Assembly (NCBI GenBank): GCA_951406725.2
Contig: OX597815.1
Coordinates: 127,844,001 to 127,908,000, forward strand
Reading direction: 5' to 3'
DNA: 64,000 nucleotides
Source: Octopus vulgaris
Lineage: Eukaryota
The notes below the pieces were generated by a model that had not been told where the DNA came from, did no database searches, and saw only the letters and a list, made by a program, of their open reading frames with translations. The translations under genes and the position numbers were made by a program. Positions 39,200 to 53,758 of the stretch are shown here, piece after piece; within the stretch, counting starts at the first letter, position 1, and every line of letters begins with the position of its first letter.

Positions 39200-42120
39200 A
39201 GCTAATGCTATTAGCAGATGAAAGTGGATGACAGAATTGGAGGTAGAAGAGATCCCAAGTGAACTGGAAAAGAAAGACCAGGCAGTAGGAAAGACAAACA
39301 TCATAAGAGATACAGCTCAAATGAAAGAAGAGTCTAAAGGAAAAAAATAATAATAGCTCTACCAATAAGGAAGAGACAACTGGCACCAGTGACTTAAGTA
39401 TTTAAGTAAGGAAGATCAGAGGAATTTAGATGGGTTGCAGGAAGTAATGAGTAAAGAAGTAAGAAAAAGATTGCCAGCATTAAAAGGTACCAACAGAAGG
39501 AGCCTGCTACTTATGACTAGGAAAGTAGATTCTGTTATCAATTGGACAGATACCAAAAATATAGGAGACACTGACATATTGATCCATGCAGGAGCGATAG
39601 TTGTCACCAGAAGATTAGATATCTCACAGGGAAATATTAAAAAAGGAGCAAATGAGGAAAAACAGTCTACAAAATAAAGCGAAGACTTTAAGACAAAATC
39701 TGAGCCAAATAAAAGCCTGGAAAACAAACAAGTTAAGAAATACAAGATGCAAATATTCCCTCAAGAAACGATACTTAGTCAAAGAGAAAGGATTTGGGAC
39801 AGTAATAGAAGAGCTGAAACAGCATATCATAGCAGTATTAGGCAAGCTCTTCAGATATTAGAAAAGAATAGATCAGTATCAACAGAATAGATTATTTGAG
39901 ACAGACCAGAGGATATTTTATAACTAAAAATAACTAGTGGAGAATGAAGTACTGAAGATAAGAAACCTAATGCAGAAGAAGGACCCAGGACCAGATTTAG
40001 CTCAAGAGTATTGGCTAAAGAAATTTAGTAGTTTACACAGGAGGCTGAGGGAACAACTTCAGGATTGCCTGAATGGAAGAATAATACCAGATTGGATGAC
40101 TTGAGGGAGAACAATACTCCTTATGATAGAACAAGGGTAACAGAGGTAGTAATTATAGACCAATCACTTGCTTACCATTAGTGTGGAAACTGTTAACAGG
40201 AATGATTTCACGAAGCATTTACGAGGACCCTAACAACCAGAATTTACTGCCAGAAGAACAGAAAGGTTGCAGCAACTATTATACATAGACAAAGTAGTTC
40301 TAAATTAAATAAAAGCAAGAAAGAAAAATCTAACAATACCATGGATAGATTAAGTCTATGACATCATCCCACACTCATGGATAAGTGAATGTTTCAGTAT
40401 ATTCAGTATAGCAGACAATATAAGAGAATTAATTAGCTTTAGCATGAAAAAATGGAAAGTAAATCTCTACTCAGATAACACACTCTTAGAGAAAGTTAAT
40501 ATCAAAATGGAAATTTTCCAGGGCGATTTGCTGACCCCTTTAATATATGATTCCACTCTGTTTAGTATTAAGGAAGGCAAAGGCAGGGTATCAGCTCAGA
40601 AATAGTAAGGGAAAAATTAACCATTTGCTCTAAATGGATAATCTGAAGCTTTTTAGTAAGAATGAAAGAGATAGATTCCTTAATACAGACTGTAAGACTA
40701 TTCAGCAAAGATATAGGCAAGAAATTTGGCATAGATAAGTCTGCAATATTAATCATAAAATGGGGACAGATAGTCAGCATTGAAAACCTCCAATTACCAG
40801 GCGGTTTGACTTTAAAATCATTGAAAGTAGGAGAGAGGTAGGAGAATTAGAATCTGACAGAGTACTAACTAAAGAAATGGAAACAAAAATTGAAGAGCAC
40901 ATCAGAAGGGTATGGAAGCTAAAGAGGTTAAAGCTAAATGGTTTGAAGGCTGTAAATACTTGGGTAGTATCATTACTTAGATATCCAGCAGCTTTTGTAG
41001 ATTGAATAAAAACTGAATTAGCAAAGCTAGACAGAAGAACTAGGAATGGAGCACTCCACCTAAGATCAGGAGTAGCAAGATTATACCTACCTACAAAGGA
41101 AGGTGGGAAAGAGTTAATATCAGTAGAAGACTGCATGGATTTAGCTAGAGTAGATATAGAATTCTATGTAGGTAATAATGAAGAAAGTTTATGGCAAGCT
41201 GCTAGAGTCACCGCAAGATATAGAGAAACCCCAAAACGCAAACATAGTTAAGAACCAGAAAAAAAGAACAGAAATTGTCTGACTGGCAGAAGAAGATGTT
41301 GCATGATAGATTCCCAAAACTAATTGTAGCATGTAGTAACAGTGAGACATGGTTATGGTTGCAGAAAGGAAGGCTGAAAAGGGAGACAGAAAGTTTGTTA
41401 ATAGCAGCACAAGATCAAGCATTAAGGACTAATTGGATATAAGCCAAGATAAACAAAAATCAAGTAGATTCCTAATGTAGGCTATGCAAATCAAAAGAGG
41501 AAAGTGTTACTCATATAGCAAGTGAATGTTGCATGCTGGCACTGAAAGAATAGAAGAAAAGACATGACAATCTAGGGAGAGTAATCCACTAGAAGTTATA
41601 TAGAAAGTTAGGATTTGAACATACTGATAAATGCTATGAACATGAACCTAGTAAAGTACAAGCAAGTAAGAAATATAAGATGTTGAAGGATTTTAACATT
41701 CAGACAGACAGATTAACAGAGGCTAAAAGGCCTAATTTAGTAATAGTAGTTAAAGAGAATAGAAAGTGCCAGATAATTGACTTTAGAGTCCCAAATGATT
41801 AAAAAAAAAATCAATATGAAGGTATAGGAAAAATAGCAAGGTACAAGGACCTAGCCATTGAATTACAGAGACTATGAAAAGTGCAGGTATATCCCAGTAG
41901 TTATAGGTGCATTGGGAACTATCCCTAAAAATTTGAACAGATGGAAAGAAGAAATAAGCATAAAACACATTTTAGTACAGCTCCTGAAAAAAGTGTTATT
42001 AAAGACAGCTAGGATACATAGGCAGCTTCTTGGCATCTAAGGTTACTTGTTGTAGCCCGATATTAGGATTTGTTTCTTTTCCAATAGTCTAATCTGTTGT
42101 GTGTATATGAATGATAACAA
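39200..42120 (+). mobile_element. Long decayed R4/Dong-like non-LTR retrotransposon
   Basis: NYRPITCLPLVWKLL, LLPEEQKGC, YDIIPHSWI, IFQGDLL, RLYLPTKEGG, AAQDQAL, CRLC, RHD, RPNLVIV, IPVVIGALG. Confidence 0.88.
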
Positions 42121-42464
42121 TGTTATATCTTTGACAACGTTGGATTGAGGTAATACCCACTTCAGTATACAGTATGCTTAGCAAAACAAGTAAAGACATG
42201 ACTATCTCTGACTGCCTACTTTGTACTCTCTCGCACTGTCTCATACTCTCCTATTTATGGTGAACTCTCATACCACTTGTCACATGGGAGGGATGTACTA
42301 TTATTACTTATCCCCTATAACAAATAATAATAAAGATTTTGTGGGACTTACCTATTCAAAGAGACAAAAAGTTACAAAATAATAGACCGAGAATAACAAT
42401 TATAGACAAGGAAAAACAAAGTTGCTTATTTGATTCCAGGATTGTAAAGAAAGAGGAAGAAAAC

Positions 42465-42509
<45 letters not shown>

Positions 42510-43700
42510 TTATGGCTGCCCCTTCGTTATCGAGTATGGCCATTGCACGAAGCTTAACTGTTACTGGTGCTGTGATCGAATGTGACTTTTTAGCCCAGCT
42601 AACGATCTACAATGTCTTGTACAAAATTGGCAGCTAAAACCTTTATTGGTAATAGCCAGCTGTAGTTGTAACTGGGCTTCATGTACCTTTGCATTTCGTT
42701 TAAGTCCTCCTGCCAAATTACACTCTCTTCCACATGCCCGACAGATATGATTAGTATGGTGTGTTACACCACCATCAGTAGCCAGGTTGTCACTCATCTG
42801 TCTCGTTTTATGACTACGAAGATGACTCATGAGTCCAGCTTTACTGAGGCAGGGTCTTGCACAGACATTGCATGTCAGAATCAAAGGAAGACCCTTCCCT
42901 TCTGGAAGTGTAATAGCGATGCCCTTCCTGACATCCCTCCTTACTTTCTCATGTGCAACTCGAGATTTCTCAAACGTGGCTGTTCCCTCATGCACAATCC
43001 TTCTCCACCTGCTACGATGAATAGCTATGCCTTCCCATGTATCAGGAGAGATGCAAGCATCTCTTAAGGAAGCCTTCAGCACGTCCTTATACCTTTTTTC
43101 TGGTTTATGTGGTCGTTCTCCTTTAGCTAACTCACCATAAAAGAGTTGTTTTGGCATCCTTGAATCCTTCATTCTGACCAGATGACCACTCCATCTGAGT
43201 CTTTGCTTTAACACAGGAGCTTCTATACTTTCACACCGAGAGCCTTTGAGTATTTCAAGATCACTGATGCGGTCCTTCCACTTAATGCCATAGATCCGTC
43301 TGAGGCACATCTGATGGAAACGCTCCAGTTGTTTAAGGTGGTATCGATATGTGACCCACGTCACGCAGGCCTAGAGAAGAGAAGGGAGCACACATGCCTT
43401 GTACACCTTTATCTTTTTATTTCTGCATATGTCTCGCCGACTTCAGAGGCACTTTTCTAGCCTTCCGAAAGCATCACTTGCTTTCCTAATTCTATATAGA
43501 ATTTCATCATTCACATTGCCATATCTATTAATTGTGCTTCCAAGGTAGACAAACTGATCGACTACATCAAGTTGTTTACCATTCACATAGATATTTGGTA
43601 CACTATACTGCTTACCAGGGGCAGGTTGATGCATGACAACAGTTTTCTTGAGATTGACTGTCAATCCTAAGGCAGTGCAAGCATCAGAGAATGCATTCAA
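42510..43700 (-). mobile_element. RTE-BovB-like LINE, 5'-truncated, with three C-terminal C2H2 zinc-finger motifs
   Basis: GLTVNLKKT, FVYLGS, LERFHQMCLRRI, LRWSGHLVRM..SRMPKQLFYGEL, then CNVC..HLRSH, CRAC..(N)AKVH, CQFC..HIRSQH. Confidence 0.88.
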
Positions 43701-43987
43701 AATCTCGAATCCCGGACCGGGCTGGGTGTTGTGTTCTTGAGCAAGGCACTTTATTTCACGTTGCTCCAGTTCACTCAGCTGTAGAAATGAGTTGCGATGT
43801 CACAGGTGCCAAGCTGTATCGACCTTTGTCTTTCCCTTGGATAACACTGGTGGCGTGGAGAGGGGAGGCCGGTATGCATGGGCGACTGCTGGTCTTCCAT
43901 AAACAACCTTGCCGGACTTGTGTCTAGGAGGGTAACTTTCTAGGTGCAATCCCATGGTCATTCATGACCGAAGGGGGTCTTTACTTT
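43701..43987 (+). mobile_element. SINE with truncated head and a conserved CORE/V-like central domain
   Basis: tcgaatccc B-box remnant and tgtgttcttgagcaaggcactt core. Confidence 0.6.
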
Positions 43988-44499
<512 letters not shown>

Positions 44500-44559
44500 G
44501 ATATTTGAGGACAGGTTTATGTTCATAAAACAACATATATAATAACAGATAATAACTTT

Positions 44560-45698
44560 ATATATCAAAAAATGCTATGAGGATAAAAATAAACCTTCTT
44601 TTCTATAATGTTATTCAATAAAGCCACCATCAGCTTCAACAACTGCTTCTATATGAGATCTAAATCCTCCACACGCTCGAATCAAGTGGTCCTGGTTCAT
44701 TTTGGACATTACCCTAACTATGGCAGCTTTCAAAGAATCTTTGGTGTTATGAGTGTATTCATTGACCTCTCTCTCAACAATGCTCCACATGTAATAGTCC
44801 AATGGATTGAGATCTGGGGAATTAGGATGCCAAATGTTACGGGTGATGTGATTGTGAAAATTTTCAACCATCCATTCATGTGTTAGGGCCATGTGTGATA
44901 GTGCAGAGTCTTATGGCCTTCCATTGCATTGTCTATCCAGGTCTTAATGATTATTTCTGGGGACCTCAATGTAGGTGGCAGAGTTAACTCTAAGGCCTTG
45001 TGGAAAATAGTAAGGTGGCATCACATGTCCTTCATTGCTGACAACCCCTAAAACCATGACATTTGCAAGAAATTTTGTATGCATAACACTTGGAACTTCG
45101 GAAGGGTCTGCCCATAACCATCTGTCATTTCTTCAGTTAACTTTTTGATCTTGGTTGAAGTTTTTTCTCAAATCTGCTGGATTTTTCAGTTTATTTAAGA
45201 GCCTTTTAGATCTAATGTAGTGATTTTCTTTTGCTTTTTCTGACATATTGACCTTTCTTTATCATATAAGACATATATCTGCTGTTTTCGTGGACAACAT
45301 TTCTGACTGTTCCTTCTGACACAGGGAGATTTTTTTGTATTTGAGCTCATGGACTTTCTGGAATTGTAATCAATGGTCTGTTGAACTTGCTGGATATATT
45401 CAGGTGTTCTGATGATTTCAGAATGTTTAGAATACTTTTTATGCTTTAATACTGGTGATACGTTTCCATCTTCAGTCTCCAGCTCCTTACAAACTTTGTA
45501 GATGAAAGATCTGACAACTTTTAAAAATTGAGATATTTCTAAATCGTTATGCTCAGTTTTTATAACCACCTCTTCATTTCTTGAGTAAGCTGAGGATCTG
45601 CCATTAATATTTTCTGAAACAAAGATTATACAGAGTTAGCAAAAAATGCAGCAATGACCCAAAAAATGTATATACTAAAATACCTTATGCACCCTGTA
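44560..45698 (-). mobile_element. Tc1/mariner (DD37D/maT-like) transposon fossil
   Basis: WHPNSPDLNPLDYYMWS, FRSHIEAVVEADGGFIE; terminus ta-cagggtg on the minus strand at ~45698. Confidence 0.8.
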
Positions 45699-45700
45699 TA

Positions 45701-46000
45701 TATCATCATCATCATCATCATCATTTAACGTCTGCCTTCCATGCTAGCATGGGTGGAATGGTTTGACAAGAGCTGGCCAGGCAGAAGCCTGCACCAGACT
45801 TCTGTAACTGTTTTGGCAGGATTTTTACAGCTGGATGTCCATCCTAACACCAGTACTTTTCAAATGGCACAAGCACAGGTGAGGTCAGTTTTGGCAAGGT
45901 CGTTTTTAAGCTGGACGCCCTTCCAAACGCCAACCACTTTACAATGTGGACTGGGTGCTTTTAAGTGGTACCTGCACTGTCAGCTCACCAAGTACTTGCA
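45701..46000 (-). mobile_element. RTE 3' UTR/tail fragment
   Basis: (CAT)n-ttaacgtc...ccatgctagcatggg. Confidence 0.75.
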
Positions 46001-46142
46001 AGACAAAAAAAATCTTTTAAGAGGAGAGGGGGCATTGGAGGAAGTAATCAAAGGTTGTAATGAGACAGAGATAGAAACAAGTGTCTTGCTGTAGTGGAGG
46101 TACAAGGTTACCTGGCCCGAGAGAGAGAGAGAGAGAGAGAGA

Positions 46143-47860
46143 GATCATCAGGGTTAGCATTGCTGGTGATGTGGCCAACCTTTTCATGGTATGGTGGGAC
46201 AGGAGGTTTAAAGAATGCTTGACACAGAACTCCATACTCATGAACATATACTCTCACTATGTCGATGATATCAACATAGTGGTAAAGGCACCCCCACAAG
46301 ATAGTACTCTTGAAATAGAAATAGAAACTAATACTATAGAAGTATCCAGCAAATAGCTAACTCCATCCACCAGAGTAATAAGGTCATGATAGATTACACT
46401 ACAAAACACCCTAACCATAGACTACCAGTTCTAGGTACAGAATTCTGGTTGGAAATTGTGAATAATAAAACCCAAATCTTCTATTCACACTATGCCAAAC
46501 CTATGGCCTCCAAATACCTAGTCCTCTGGAAGTCAGCTATCGTGGACAATGCCAAATTCAATATATTGATGGCAGACCTCATCAGAATAATGAGAAATGT
46601 GTCCCTCATGTGTGACCCTACAGAGTTAAAGAGACACATACAACACTTCGTTCACCGCATACAGTTCTCTGGATACAGCCTTAGAGAAAGGATCAGAGTA
46701 AATAAAGGAACCATGAGTAAATTTGAAACTATCATATGTAACAACAGGAATGGGATTTGCTATAGGAGCAAGTCATGGAATACCATTGAAAGGACTAAGA
46801 AGAAAATAGGAAAGACCAACTCATGGTATGATAGGCACAAATACCAGAGTGTCATGTTCGTCAACACCACTCCTAGAGGCAAACCGGCATACCGCTATAG
46901 AAAGGCCCTAGACAAGCTTAAGCTAAGAATTAAGGCTGTAAAAAGGCAAGGTAACCCTATCAAATCTCTAATCGGTAGAACCTACCCTTTTATTAGAACC
47001 CCTGTACTGATAGGAACTGTATTGTATGTAGATTTAACCCACACACAAACTGTAAAGCTAGGAATGTAGTCTATAGTATAAGATGTACAGAGGGATGGTG
47101 CAGAAACAAGACAACAACGTATGTAGGCAAGACAGCACAGAGCATAGGAGAGTGGGTAAATGAGCATTGGAGGGAACTTAAGGAAGAGAAGAGGTCATCG
47201 GTTCTGTACCAGCATGCCAAGTGGGAACACAGAGGCCCACTCAACTTCATAGAAGTTAACACTTAGACAAATTACAGAAGCTACACACATAATAAAAGAT
47301 AAACCTAGCCTAAATAGAAAACTAGAATGGAACACTAGCACACACACACACACCCCACACCACAACCTATGACAGAATAAGATCCCCATAAACTAATAAT
47401 AATATGACACTAATGCAATACACAGATAAATAAATGGAATTAAATAATTATATACATAAACAAAAAATAGATTAAATTAATAGAAAAGAAAGAAATGAAA
47501 AAGTAAGTAGATAAAAATAAATAAAATAAATAAAAACAAATTAAACGAATGTGAATATACAGGAGATACTGGTAATGCAGGTACCATACACATTCTAACA
47601 CACACACTTACTAAACATAGACACACACAGGGATATATGCATGCACAAATAAAGACACACACTGGGATATACGCATGTGCAAATAAAGACACATACAACA
47701 GGAATACAAAATGGCAGAGCGTTAGTAAGGAGAAAGAAAAATGCAAAGGACCACTGATGAGGTCACAGAAGTATGATGAAAGAACTCTGACTGAAATACA
47801 ATTAATATAAAATAAAGATGAAGCAGGTGAACACCAAATATATAGTGTGTGTATTTTCAT
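46143..47860 (+). mobile_element. Penelope-like element (RT C-half, GIY-YIG and pseudo-LTR with hammerhead motif)
   Basis: VANLFMVWWD, HYVDDI, LPVLG, HYAKPMAS, SGYS, MFVNTTP, YVGKTAQSIGE; hammerhead-like motif downstream. Confidence 0.85.
47750..47800 (+). ncRNA. Hammerhead core remnant in the PLE 3' region
   Basis: CTGATGA (47754-47760), ggtca...tgact stem II, GAAA (47793-47796); stems I and III not clearly intact. Confidence 0.5.
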
Positions 47861-48209
47861 TGGCTAAACTGGCAACATGACCATCCCCAAATACAGCAAT
47901 ATATATATGTATATTGTTTTCTTCATATAGGGGTTTCAAATGTAATAATTATTTTAAATACACTCAGCATATTGATTTCGTTCAGCAAATGTGTTGTATA
48001 TATGTGAATATGTGTATGTGTATGTGCATGTCTGTATGTCTATGTCAATGTGTCTGAGTGTGCTTGTGTGTGTGAGTATGTTTGAAGGTATATGAGTGTG
48101 CATGCACATGTGAACTATGCATGTGTGTGTGAATACCTCAGCATATTTTTATCATTGACTGCTTGCTTATATGTGCTTATAAACATATACGTATATGTTT
48201 AGACAGATA

Positions 48210-49693
48210 GGTCAACAAGGAAAGCTTTAAGTCCATCAGGAGCCATTGCTGATATGCTTAAAATATCTGGTAGAGCAGGATATGGACTAGTCATCAATAT
48301 AGATAATCAGGTTATTCAGGAGGGTGTAATCTCTAGCAACTGGTGTAGAAGTAGCTATATAGTCAGCTGCTACAAAGGTAAGGGAGATACCTTAAATAGT
48401 AATAATTACTGAGGCATTATATTCCTGGACTAGGATGAAAATTACAGAGAGAGTTATAACCCAATTAATTAGGAACAAAATTAGATAAAATGCTGTTTGA
48501 CTTTATGCTGGGAGAAGCACTACTGATACTATCTTCATAGTCAGGTAACTGCAAGAGAAGTATTTAGCTAAGAATATACCATTATTCTTGACATTTGTTG
48601 GGCTAGAAAAAGCCTTTGACAGGGCCCCTTGCTCTGTAATATGGTGGTCTCTGTGGCAGCTAAGGGTAGATGAAAGGCTTATGAAAGCATTCCAGACTAT
48701 ATTCAAATAAGTTGTTAGGAAGGTAAAAGTTAGTCGTGAGTAAAGTGATAAGTTTATTGGTACAGGTAGATGTTCACCAAGGCTCAATCCTCTGCCCTTA
48801 CCATATTCATCATAGTCCTCCAGGCCATAACAGAGCAATTGAAGACTGAAAACCCATGGAAACCACTATATGTTGACTTTGCTCTCATAACAGAATCTTC
48901 CAGAAAAGAAATTCCAGGTGAGACAACAAAACCTGGAATCAAAAGATCTTAAAGTTAACTTAGCAAGGACCAAGGTTCTAGTGAGCAAGAAATCAGACAG
49001 AACCCTATCTTCTCCATGTAAATGGCCCTGCTTAATATAGGAAAAGTGTAGGCAGGAATTTTGTTCAGTATGCCCAATGCAAGATATAAACACACAAGAT
49101 GCAGAGGAATGGTTGGGAGGTTAGCAGAGAAAGTAGGGTTTATATGTGGAAGAGATGCAGATACTATAAAATCTACAGATGCATGAGAAACTGATTTCTT
49201 TAAATGCCCCAGAGGCTCTTGAGAAATGATAGATAATTTCTGCTACCTAGGTGACCTAGATAGCAATAGAGAAGGTGTACCAAAAGTGTAATTGTTAGAA
49301 TAAGAATTGGATGGAGAAAGTTCAGAGAGCTTTTACCTCTGTTGGCAGTCAAAGGTCTTTCTCTCTTAGTGAAAGAAAGATTGCATGATGCATGCGTACA
49401 AACAGCAATGCTACATGCAGTGAGGCATGGGTCCTAAATGCAAAGGACATGTGAAGACTAGAGAGGAATGAAGATGATGTACTCTGTCAGATGTGCAATG
49501 TCATTGTACATGGGTGACAGATGCTAGTGTATTGAGAGAAAATTTAGGCATAAGAGGAATTAGATGCAGTGTGCAAGAGTAATGGTTTGGTCATGTGATG
49601 CATATGGATGAGGACAGTTGCATAAAGATGTGCCAATCACTTAAAGTGGATGGAACTTGTGGATGACATGGAATCAAGTATTGAAAGACAATC
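48210..49693 (+). mobile_element. Decayed RTE LINE fragment (RT half)
   Basis: Homologous to the RT ORF at 9281-10812; many lesions. Confidence 0.85.
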
Positions 49694-50855
49694 TCAAAAT
49701 GCTGCTATTCCTTTTACTATGTAAACTTGTTGCCTGGCTTCCCTTCTGGCTATATGATATAATTCTCTGCTTCCATTGTTTTCCAGTCTCTTTGTTTTTA
49801 TCATAACTGTCTGCCTTCTTGTTCCATCACCATGTTGCCCCTTGCACCAGCCACAGATTTGCTCTGTAGTTCTCAGTAGATTGTTCTGCGGGAACTTCCA
49901 GTTGTCCTCTAAACTATGTCCCCAACTCTCGTCAGAAGCTTCCAGTAGAATATCTCTGAAATTTGTCGGTTTGCTGAGTCTTTGAGCTTCCATAATCTTC
50001 CATTCTAGAATGGTTTATTTCTCTGAGTCCTTCTAGCTCTAATTCTGAAGTCACTAATCAGTAACTTGTGTTGGATTGTACATTATTTACTTTGGAATGA
50101 CTTTGCATTTGTAAGCACCTATCTTGTTAACTGGTTAGGATGTCATCAAGCTGGCTTCTGTACCCACCAGACTGATAAGCAATCAGGTAGCTGGCTGCTT
50201 CTCTGATGCAGTTAATGTTGCAGATAATGAGATCATCTGCAACACAGAACTCCAGCAGCTTTGTTCCCTCCTCATTCTTAGGGCTAAAGCCATCACCACT
50301 GTGCATATCATAGAATCCATAGGGATGCTACTTAAAATGTCTATTGAAGTCACCAGCCACAATAAATAAGTCTGTCATTGAGGTAGTCTGCAAAAGACCT
50401 TGTAAAATTGGTCCTTCTGGTCATCAGCCAGCCCAGACTGGGGAGCATAAGCAGAGATAATCATAAATGTTAACTTACCTACAAGTTTCAGCTTAATCAC
50501 TCTATCGCATGCTCTACCTTAGTTACCATATCTACCCACTTTTCTGCAAAAAATGTGCCTACATTACCCATGCTATCACTCCATCCTACCCAGAATTTGA
50601 ACCTCTGTTTCTTACCTGTGAGAAATTTAGAACAGCCCCCACTCCATTTTACCTCTTGCACACCACACATGTCTGCATGATGTCATTCCAGCATTTCAAT
50701 AATCTCACCAGTCTTCATTTCATTGTGCCAACATTGATGGTAGCAGCCCTGAAAATGTGTACTTGGGTGTGACAGAGGGAAGGTAGTGTCCAAATGGAAA
50801 AGAGAAAAAAGGGCTGCCAGAAAGTACAAAGTGAACTCACCCTTGCAGCCTTTGT
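49694..50855 (-). mobile_element. Decayed RTE LINE fragment (APE endonuclease half)
   Basis: ATINVGT, VQEV.W, ISAYAPQSGL, VAGDFN, HKLLISDF, ELYHIARREA. Confidence 0.8.
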
Positions 50856-50858
50856 AAT

Positions 50859-50906
<48 letters not shown>

Positions 50907-52681
50907 TGTGTATGTTCCTTATGGATTCAAAAACTGAGTTGCTGATTTTGACATGTAAGGTATCAAAAGATTCAGTAATCTTTCAGCTACCAAGTGCAGT
51001 ATATTTTTTTGCACAACCTCAAAACAAGGTTGGATTGCACAATTTTGAGGTCATTTTGGGGCAATATTGCTTCCGATGTACACTACCAATTTTAATGTTT
51101 ACTGTGTCAAAATGCAGCAACGTACAAGGAGTACTATGAATGCATTTGTGATGCACAAATGGAAAATGACCAAAAAATATGATTTTTTGGAACAATTATT
51201 GGCACATTTTCTGTCAATAATGGCCTTTGCACCACAACTAAACTGTCAATGTGAATGTCTTCATATTCCATGATTAAACAATGTCTTTGAAGTATTGTGA
51301 TACTCATTTCTTTGCACAAAGCCCTATTTTTCAACAGAAAATTGACTAATGAACCATGCTTCTGGCATAATTGTGATCGTTTTTGGCATTACTACTGAAA
51401 ACAATTTGTCCATATAGATTTTCCTGGTAGCAAATAACTCAGGAATGTCAAAGGAGAATTCTTAGGTTTAAATTCAATAAAATTTCCCTAAGGTTTAAGC
51501 ACAATAAAAGCCTATACTCATTCAAGTGTGGTAAAAATGTGAAGCAATGACTAAAACCTTTTTGAGCTCTTTTGCCTTTAACATTTTTCTCTTTATTCAA
51601 CCCAATTTATGCAAAGTTGCTTATTGTTATTAGTATATATTCATGCCTATTATTCAATCCATAAGCTACAATGTTCATGCAGTAGTTTACTACACTCTCC
51701 CTATTTTTCACAGTGGTTGAGTGTGTACTATAACGCAGGTGGTGGAATGGAAAACAAATGTCTGACCTTGATAACCCCAGTGAAGACAACAGCAACACTG
51801 TACATCTATACGAGGGAAAATTAAGGTCACAAACATGAGTCCATCCATGGCATGTCTCTTCAATGGTCAGGATGCACACCATGTTCAGTGACTTGTTCAA
51901 TTTCAAATCAACTTTTCCTTATCAGTTGGTTGTGGTATTATTGTTATCAATGACCCGGGCAATGCTGGAATGTATTGTGTGTGGTGCATAAGTTCCACTT
52001 GAATTTTAAAATTGTGTATATATATAACACAATGGCTGTAGGTCATAACACCTGGAAATGCCAGGTTTGCATAGCTGGTATCAAAATAAAATTCCTTACA
52101 AATTATTGGTGCTCTAATGTAACAATCATAAAATATCTGCTTCATGATTTGTACTCAATTCTGCAATCCTTTATTGTATATGACAATGAAAATGTTTAGT
52201 AATTGGATTTTGATATTTTTATTCCCTACTTCAATCCCTATATAATGGATTTATTTAGTTATTTTTGTAAGATCTTAAAAAATTAGTTAAATGATGACAT
52301 CAAACAATTCATAAGGTAAAAGTAAAACAACTTTTAACTCTTTATATGACAATTGCCTTGTAAAATGCTTTGATAGTTTTTTTTTTTTTTACCTTCATTG
52401 CAATAAATAATGTATTTTACAAACATATTTCACAAAAATAGATTTGCATTGTAAAAGGATTTCAGTAACATAAAGTGTAAGTTAGTAGCCAGCAAAATGT
52501 ATACAGATAAAAGTTCATACACGCACAGATATTTTATTTGTTATTATTTCTTTTTCCTTTAGGTACCAATGGAATTATTGAGTCAGCAAATTAGTGGTGT
52601 CTTCTTGTGAAATCTGCTATCCATAGATATGTCTTTTATTCTGAGTATTTTTTTCAAGTCAACAGCAACAAAAACACATAG

Positions 52682-52743
52682 CTAATCATCCAGTACACTG
52701 TCGAGCCAATCTTCCAATGAAGATGTTGCAGTACTAACATATT
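52682..52743 (-). CDS. AVEN: Terminal coding exon of a probable Aven (cell death regulator) homologue
   Basis: Acceptor gtcttttcag, then (Q)YVSTATSSLEDWLDSVLDD*; LEDWLDS matches the conserved Aven C-terminus. AT-rich 3' UTR-like sequence with AATAAA follows. Confidence 0.7.
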
Positions 52744-53758
52744 CTGAAAAGACATAATATTTAAAATATGATGGTATTTTTTGATTTTGGAGGCAAATAT
52801 TTACAAACATACAAAACACAAATGTCTAGAGAGTAAGTGGTAAAAATTAGTAAGTAAATGTGCGAAGGTGTACTTGTGAGCATGTATATTAAAAGTAAAA
52901 GGTGAAAATGCTTTGAGAATGTTATCATAAATAAAAGGAGGAGAATACTTACATTTTTATCAAAATATGCTACCAGTTTCAATTGCTTAAGATAATTTAG
53001 TCATGCCTTAAGAAAAGGGAAAATAAGCTGAACTAAATTAATCTTTCCTGGAGCACAGTTTTGAAAGCTTTCATGTTTTCCTGACAAACTTTATATGGTA
53101 GTGGCTAGTTAGTCTTCTTCTGATGGCTGCTGGGTCATAATAGTAACAATAACAGTTTTGGCAGTGGTAGTTGTCTATTGAATTTTTTTGTACTTTATTC
53201 ATCCACTTATTAAGACAGCAGGTTATTAAATTTGATGAGGAATTGGTTGCTATTTCTAACAAGCCACACAACAATATACAGGTTTCTTGTGTTGGTTCAT
53301 AATTTTATTTTAATTTAATACCTCAAAACATAACAAAGCAACAAATGCTAAAGACTCGGGAAATAAATATGACTAAAACCTTCAGTTAAACCTTAATTTT
53401 TTAAACCTCTGCGCTCATTTCTACTGCAACGACAAAGCAATATTGTTACTGTTGACTCTTTGGTTTATTTTATTCTAATTAATCCCAAAACAGCAAGTAA
53501 TTTGATTTTCTTAATATCTTTTAGTCACAAGAGAAGGTTAGTGCCTATGATGTTTCACAGGGCCTCTGAAATTTGTAGAAGTAAAAGAGGAATGTATTCT
53601 CAAACCAGATGCCTGGTCTGAATGGCAATTTCTTTATTGTCAATGGAAATTAACTAAAAACACTCAAGATGCCAGAGGGGGATATTGGAAGGTTTCATAT
53701 AAAAATCATTAAACAAATGCAAGTGAATTGTTTTGAAGGTCAATACAAAATTACATAC

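Noticed and set aside
50880-52200. Short ORFs at 51067-52199 as coding exons
   Set aside because: No recognisable motifs or consistent splice frame. The ends resemble a Helentron-type repeat (gacccgggcaatgctgg at ~51952), but support was too weak to annotate.
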